Of a stretch of 29,845 nt of DNA, positions 26,141 to 29,845 are shown piece after piece. Positions within the stretch are counted from its first letter, which is position 1, and every line of letters starts with the position of its first letter. Where the stretch lies: IMG/VR virus record IMGVR_UViG_3300032225_000625, positions 1 through 29,845 of that record, one strand, 5' to 3'. A program made the position numbers and the translations under genes. The notes beneath the pieces were generated by a model, which saw only the letters and a program-made list of their open reading frames with translations, was not told the origin of the DNA and searched no databases. This DNA comes from a virus (lineage: Duplodnaviria > Caudoviricetes).

Positions 26141-27515
26141 TTTTCTTCCTTCGTTTTTTCATTGCGTCCAGCAGGATGTCCTGCACCCTGCGCTTGGTTG
26201 TGAGCCGTTCTAGCACCAGCTCGTCCACGGTGTCCCTGGCGATGATGCGGTGAATGAAGACCGGGCGGTCGTACCCGGCCTGCAACTGGCGCGTCGGCCC
26301 GATCCGCTCGATGATCTGCAGGTGCTCCTCAAGGTTCCAATTCGGTGAGAAGAACACCAGGATGTTGCCGCCGTCCTGCAAGTTTAGCCCGTGGCCAGCG
26401 CTTGCCGGGTGGGCGAACAACACCGGTATCTTGCCCGCATTCCAGTCCTTGATGGTGCCGGGGTTCTTGTCCAAGTGCCGCCCCTGCGGGAAAGCCTTAA
26501 GCAGCCGCTCCAAGTCGCTCTTGAAGTTGTAGGCCACCAGCACCGGCATGCCTGCCGCCTCCTCAATGACCGACTCCAAGGCCTCCAGCTTGGCCTTGTG
26601 GGTTTCGGTCCAGTTCTTGCGGGTGTCGTCGGTGTAGGCCGCGCCAGCGGCGAGCTGCAGGCACTTGATGGTCTTGGCCGCCGCATTGAAGGCCTCCACC
26701 TCAATGCCCTCCAGCTCGGTGTACATCTCCTTTTCCATGTCCTGGTAGTGCTTGCGCGCCTTGGGCGGCAGGTCCACCATGATGTCATTGACGATGGGCT
26801 CGTGCAGGTCGAACCAGTCCTTGGCCTCGATGGTCAGGCACACGTCGCGCAGCCGGTCCTGTATGTCGGTCTGGGCCGAAGCCGTGGGCGTCAGGCTGAA
26901 GCCATCGTAGCCCTGCTGGAACCAGCGCTGGCTGAACGCCGTGTACGTGCGGCCCAGTCGGGTGCCCGCGTCCAAGAACCACGCCTGCCCCCACAGATCC
27001 TTCAGGCCGTTGCTCGCCGGTGTGCCGGTCAGCTCAATCAGCCGCTTGATGCGGGTGTGGGCGATGCTGCCCAGCGCTTGGGCGCGCTTGGTGCCCTGGC
27101 GTAGCCGGAAGTTCTTGACCTTGGTGGACTCGTCGAGCACCACGGTCCGATACGGCCACTTGTCGCCCCAATGGGCAACCAGCCAGACGAGCTGCTCGTA
27201 GTTGGTCACGTAGACCTGGGCGGGGGCCTTGATGGCCGCGATGCGCTCGCGCTCGGTGCCCGTGATCACGGACACGTTCATGCCGCGCAGGTGGTTCCAT
27301 TTCAGCACCTCGTTGGGCCAGGTGTCGTTGGCCACCCGCAGGGGCGCCACGACCAGCACGAGGCCATCCTCGACCATCTGGAGCGTGTCCAGCGCCGTCA
27401 GGGTAGCCACGGTCTTGCCTGTGCCCATACCGGCCCAGATCGCGCACCGTGGGGTGTCGAGGATGTGGTCAATGATCATGCCCTGATACGGGCGGGGGGT
27501 GAACTCAGACCTCAC
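26133..27515 (-). CDS. SNF2-family (SF2) helicase
   Basis: PRPYQ, Walker [29 protein letters not shown] and QIIERIG; GTG start overlaps the methylase TGA (alternative ATG 27524). Confidence 0.9.
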   Translation of the reverse strand: MRSEFTPRPYQGMIIDHILDTPRCAIWAGMGTGKTVATLTALDTLQMVEDGLVLVVAPLRVANDTWPNEVLKWNHLRGMNVSVITGTERERIAAIKAPAQVYVTNYEQLVWLVAHWGDKWPYRTVVLDESTKVKNFRLRQGTKRAQALGSIAHTRIKRLIELTGTPASNGLKDLWGQAWFLDAGTRLGRTYTAFSQRWFQQGYDGFSLTPTASAQTDIQDRLRDVCLTIEAKDWFDLHEPIVNDIMVDLPPKARKHYQDMEKEMYTELEGIEVEAFNAAAKTIKCLQLAAGAAYTDDTRKNWTETHKAKLEALESVIEEAAGMPVLVAYNFKSDLERLLKAFPQGRHLDKNPGTIKDWNAGKIPVLFAHPASAGHGLNLQDGGNILVFFSPNWNLEEHLQIIERIGPTRQLQAGYDRPVFIHRIIARDTVDELVLERLTTKRRVQDILLDAMKKRRKKNG

Positions 27516-28338
27516 TTGATGCACTCAATGAAGACCTGCGCCGCTTGAGCGTTAATTGCGTTTCCGTAGGCGCGCAATCGTCCCACTCTTGAGGAAGCCC
27601 CATTAACCAGCGGGAATGTGCCGGACTCAACTGGCCGCCACTTTCCATCCCGGCAGAGGAGCCAATCAGCAGCTCCCCAGAAGCCGTTAGTCGGGCCGGG
27701 CCGTCCGTTAGGAATGCCGCATCGGCTAGTGATTTCCCGTTTTTGCGATCCCGCTCGTCCCGTGTGGCTGACCCCAAGTTCTGGCAAGATGCTGTTGGTG
27801 TCGGCCATCCCGCCAACGGCACCATGTCGTTCAGTTGCATCCCGTACCCCCGAGCTTTGTGATTCGTCGCTCCCGCCGTGTCCCGGCTCTGCGGTGTCGG
27901 CCAGCCCGATAGCTGTGCCGCTACGTCCAGCGTATCCGTGCTTATCTTGCCGTCCCGTATCCTGCCCCCCTCGTACCCACCCTTGTGATCCCTCGTTGAC
28001 GGTGTCGGCCAACTCGCCAATACCGTTACCGATGACAGACTTGGCCCCTTGTTCCTCATTACTTCGTTCAAAGCCCCCTGTTCCGTCCGAGAATCCTTGT
28101 CCGCTTCTGACGCTTTTGGCGTCGGCCACCCAGTAGAGGCGGTCTCGGATGTGCGGAGCACCGACGCTCGCAGACGGGAACGGGACGGCCCCGAAGGCGT
28201 AGCCCACGGCTTCCAAGTCAGCTTGTACAAGGTCGAGCCAAGGCTCTGCGTCCTTGCTCGCAACCTGCTCTCCAATGACCGTTGCAGGGCGACACTGCTC
28301 AATGAGGTGGTGAAAGGCGGGCCAGAGATGCCGCTCAT
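27505..28338 (-). CDS. Out-of-frame nested methyltransferase beta-like polypeptide (about 277 aa)
   Basis: The frame is open from 28515 to 27505; internal SD AAGGAGG precedes TTG 28344/ATG 28338; four WPTP repeats and [16 protein letters not shown]. Confidence 0.65.
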   Translation of the reverse strand: MSGISGPPFTTSLSSVALQRSLESRLRARTQSLGSTLYKLTWKPWATPSGPSRSRLRASVLRTSETASTGWPTPKASEADKDSRTEQGALNEVMRNKGPSLSSVTVLASWPTPSTRDHKGGYEGGRIRDGKISTDTLDVAAQLSGWPTPQSRDTAGATNHKARGYGMQLNDMVPLAGWPTPTASCQNLGSATRDERDRKNGKSLADAAFLTDGPARLTASGELLIGSSAGMESGGQLSPAHSRWLMGLPQEWDDCAPTETQLTLKRRRSSLSASSEV

Positions 28339-28618
28339 CGTCAAACCCGCCTCCTTTACCTGCCGAGCTGAAAGGCTGGCAAGGACAGCTTCCTGTCCAT
28401 ACTGGGCGATCATCTGGCCAACCTGCTCTGCGTAGGGCAAGGCTCCAGACTCCGATGCCTGCAAAGAAGTGGCATTGGGTGTAGTGCTTGAGTTCGTTTG
28501 ATGTAACATCTTCAATACTCCGTTCGTCTACGATGCCGGGCGCGATGTGCCCAGCGGCTATTAAGTTGCGCAGCCACTGGGCCGCGTAGGGGTCGATCTC
28601 GTTGTAGTAAGCGGTCAT
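27512..28618 (-). CDS. DNA (cytosine-C5) methyltransferase, alpha-type polypeptide (368 aa)
   Basis: Motif [33 protein letters not shown] and X LRAYGNAI. Confidence 0.85.
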   Translation of the reverse strand: MTAYYNEIDPYAAQWLRNLIAAGHIAPGIVDERSIEDVTSNELKHYTQCHFFAGIGVWSLALRRAGWPDDRPVWTGSCPCQPFSSAGKGGGFDDERHLWPAFHHLIEQCRPATVIGEQVASKDAEPWLDLVQADLEAVGYAFGAVPFPSASVGAPHIRDRLYWVADAKSVRSGQGFSDGTGGFERSNEEQGAKSVIGNGIGELADTVNEGSQGWVRGGQDTGRQDKHGYAGRSGTAIGLADTAEPGHGGSDESQSSGVRDATERHGAVGGMADTNSILPELGVSHTGRAGSQKREITSRCGIPNGRPGPTNGFWGAADWLLCRDGKWRPVESGTFPLVNGASSRVGRLRAYGNAINAQAAQVFIECIK

Positions 28619-28911
28619 GCCAGCAGCGCGTCAACGCCCTCCAAGCTGTCGATCACCACCACGCGCTGGCCCACGGCCCGCATGCGCGTGTGCTCGCGGA
28701 GCTGGTGCGGCTCGGCGACTTTGCCGGTGGCCTTAAGCTCCACCCAGAGAACAGTGCCCCACATCCCGTCAATAAATTTCTGTTTGGTCACGGGGAACAT
28801 CACCAGCCGGTCGGGCGCGCCGCGCCGCCCGATCCACTTGACCTTGCGGACCTCGCCGCCCATCTCCTTGACCCTCTTCACAAGGTACTTCTCGATGTCT
28901 GATTCGCGCAT
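28615..28911 (-). CDS. VRR-NUC domain nuclease (98 aa)
   Basis: MRESDIE..., GAPDRL and WVELK (PD-(D/E)xK); lies between the polymerase and the methylase/helicase. Confidence 0.85.
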   Translation of the reverse strand: MRESDIEKYLVKRVKEMGGEVRKVKWIGRRGAPDRLVMFPVTKQKFIDGMWGTVLWVELKATGKVAEPHQLREHTRMRAVGQRVVVIDSLEGVDALLA

Positions 28912-28912
28912 A

Positions 28913-29845
28913 TCAACCCTTCCTGTATCGGTATGTCTCAAAGCCTGCTGCAGCCAGCGGGATATCGGGCGCCCAGCTTGGGTTGGCCGCCAGCAGGCTG
29001 GCCAAGTGCTTGGCGTTGTACTGCGGCTCGTCGGGTGCCTCCGCAATAATTTCATCGTGGACGGTGAGCACGATCTGGTAGCCCGCCGCCTCAATCAGGG
29101 GCATGTTGGCCGCCATGATGTCGCGCGCCACGGCCTGGCATAGGTTCTCGAACAGCTTGCCGCCGTGGGTGCTGATGCGCGTCCACTTGCGGGTGTACTG
29201 GTCCACGCCCATGTACGTGATCTTGTCGCCGTCCTCAACCTTGGGTGACGGGTAGCACATGGCCCGGCCCGAGGGCAGCCCGAGCACCAGCCAGTTCTTG
29301 CTGGCCCGCACCTTCAGGCCTAGCTCGTTGAAGGTGTTGCCCCGGTTAAGCAATGCCTTAATCACCAGATCCTTGAGCGCGGCCCAGTAGTTGGTGATGT
29401 TGGGGTGGGCGTCGCGCCACATGCGCTTCAGGACGTCACAGGCCACGAAGGCGTCCTCAGACAGCCCGTACATGGGCCGCTTGTCCTTCTTAATCCAGTC
29501 CAAGAACTTGTCGGCCTTGGCCACCACGTCATCGGGCGCATCCAGAAGCACCTTGTCGGCCAGGTCGTCCAAGTTGATGCCATAGACCCCCGCGAACGTC
29601 GCAAACGCGCCCACGCCGCCCTCGTAGCCGAGCGCCAGCTCCTGCACCTTGCCCACCTGTCGCTGGTCGTCTGTTACCGCTCCAGGCGCCACGCCGAAGG
29701 ACTTGCTGTAGGCCAGCTTGTACAGGTCGGGGCCGACCTTGGCGTCGAAGTCGCGGAAGGCTTGGAGCTTCCATTCCTCGTTGGCCAGCCAGCTCTGGAC
29801 CCGGCCCTCGATGTTGGACAGGTCGGCCACCACCAGCTTCTTGCC
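28913..29845 (-). CDS. DNA polymerase family A, C-terminal part (5'-partial)
   Basis: Motif A VVADLSNIEGR, motif B RQVGKVQELALGY and motif C TVHDE; the frame is open to the window edge. Confidence 0.92.
   Translation of the reverse strand, partial: GKKLVVADLSNIEGRVQSWLANEEWKLQAFRDFDAKVGPDLYKLAYSKSFGVAPGAVTDDQRQVGKVQELALGYEGGVGAFATFAGVYGINLDDLADKVLLDAPDDVVAKADKFLDWIKKDKRPMYGLSEDAFVACDVLKRMWRDAHPNITNYWAALKDLVIKALLNRGNTFNELGLKVRASKNWLVLGLPSGRAMCYPSPKVEDGDKITYMGVDQYTRKWTRISTHGGKLFENLCQAVARDIMAANMPLIEAAGYQIVLTVHDEIIAEAPDEPQYNAKHLASLLAANPSWAPDIPLAAAGFETYRYRKG

Noticed and set aside
28912-29094. N-terminal extension of VRR-NUC in the ORF track (similar extensions at 4245, 9004, 12860, 25992)
   Set aside because: These extensions overlap neighbouring genes. 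Downstream ATGs next to the upstream stop or an SD fit better.
1-29845. tRNA/rRNA genes, integrase, stop-codon recoding
   Set aside because: None were recognised. Genes tile densely under the standard code and use all three stop codons.

Overview
This window is a fragment of a tailed dsDNA phage genome, podovirus-like, with a probable Gram-negative host (inference). Positions 1-25.4 kb (+ strand) are a late/virion module: small basic xxxGG-motif proteins, three tail fibre-like paralogues, two head-tail adaptor-like proteins, a lysis cassette (membrane proteins, an inserted HNH endonuclease, a GH108 endolysin), a very large tail hub/stabilisation-like protein and four putative ejection/internal virion proteins, ending at a strong terminator. 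Positions 25.5-29.8 kb (mostly - strand) are a replication module: family A DNA polymerase (partial), VRR-NUC nuclease, C5 DNA methyltransferase, SNF2 helicase and small ORFs, plus a Cro-like HTH gene on +. The most striking observation is in the 1355-aa tail protein. It carries 8 N-halves and 8 C-halves of one small beta-rich domain in the balanced bracket order AAAAAAA-BBBBBB-A-B-B, consistent with recursive 'Russian-doll' domain insertion that would form an out-and-back, branched single-chain stalk. The second highlight is a dual-frame methyltransferase locus in which a second polypeptide (WPTP repeats plus a motif-IX-like segment) is encoded out of frame inside the gene behind its own Shine-Dalgarno. 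All functional calls come from reading motifs by eye; no database searches were run.
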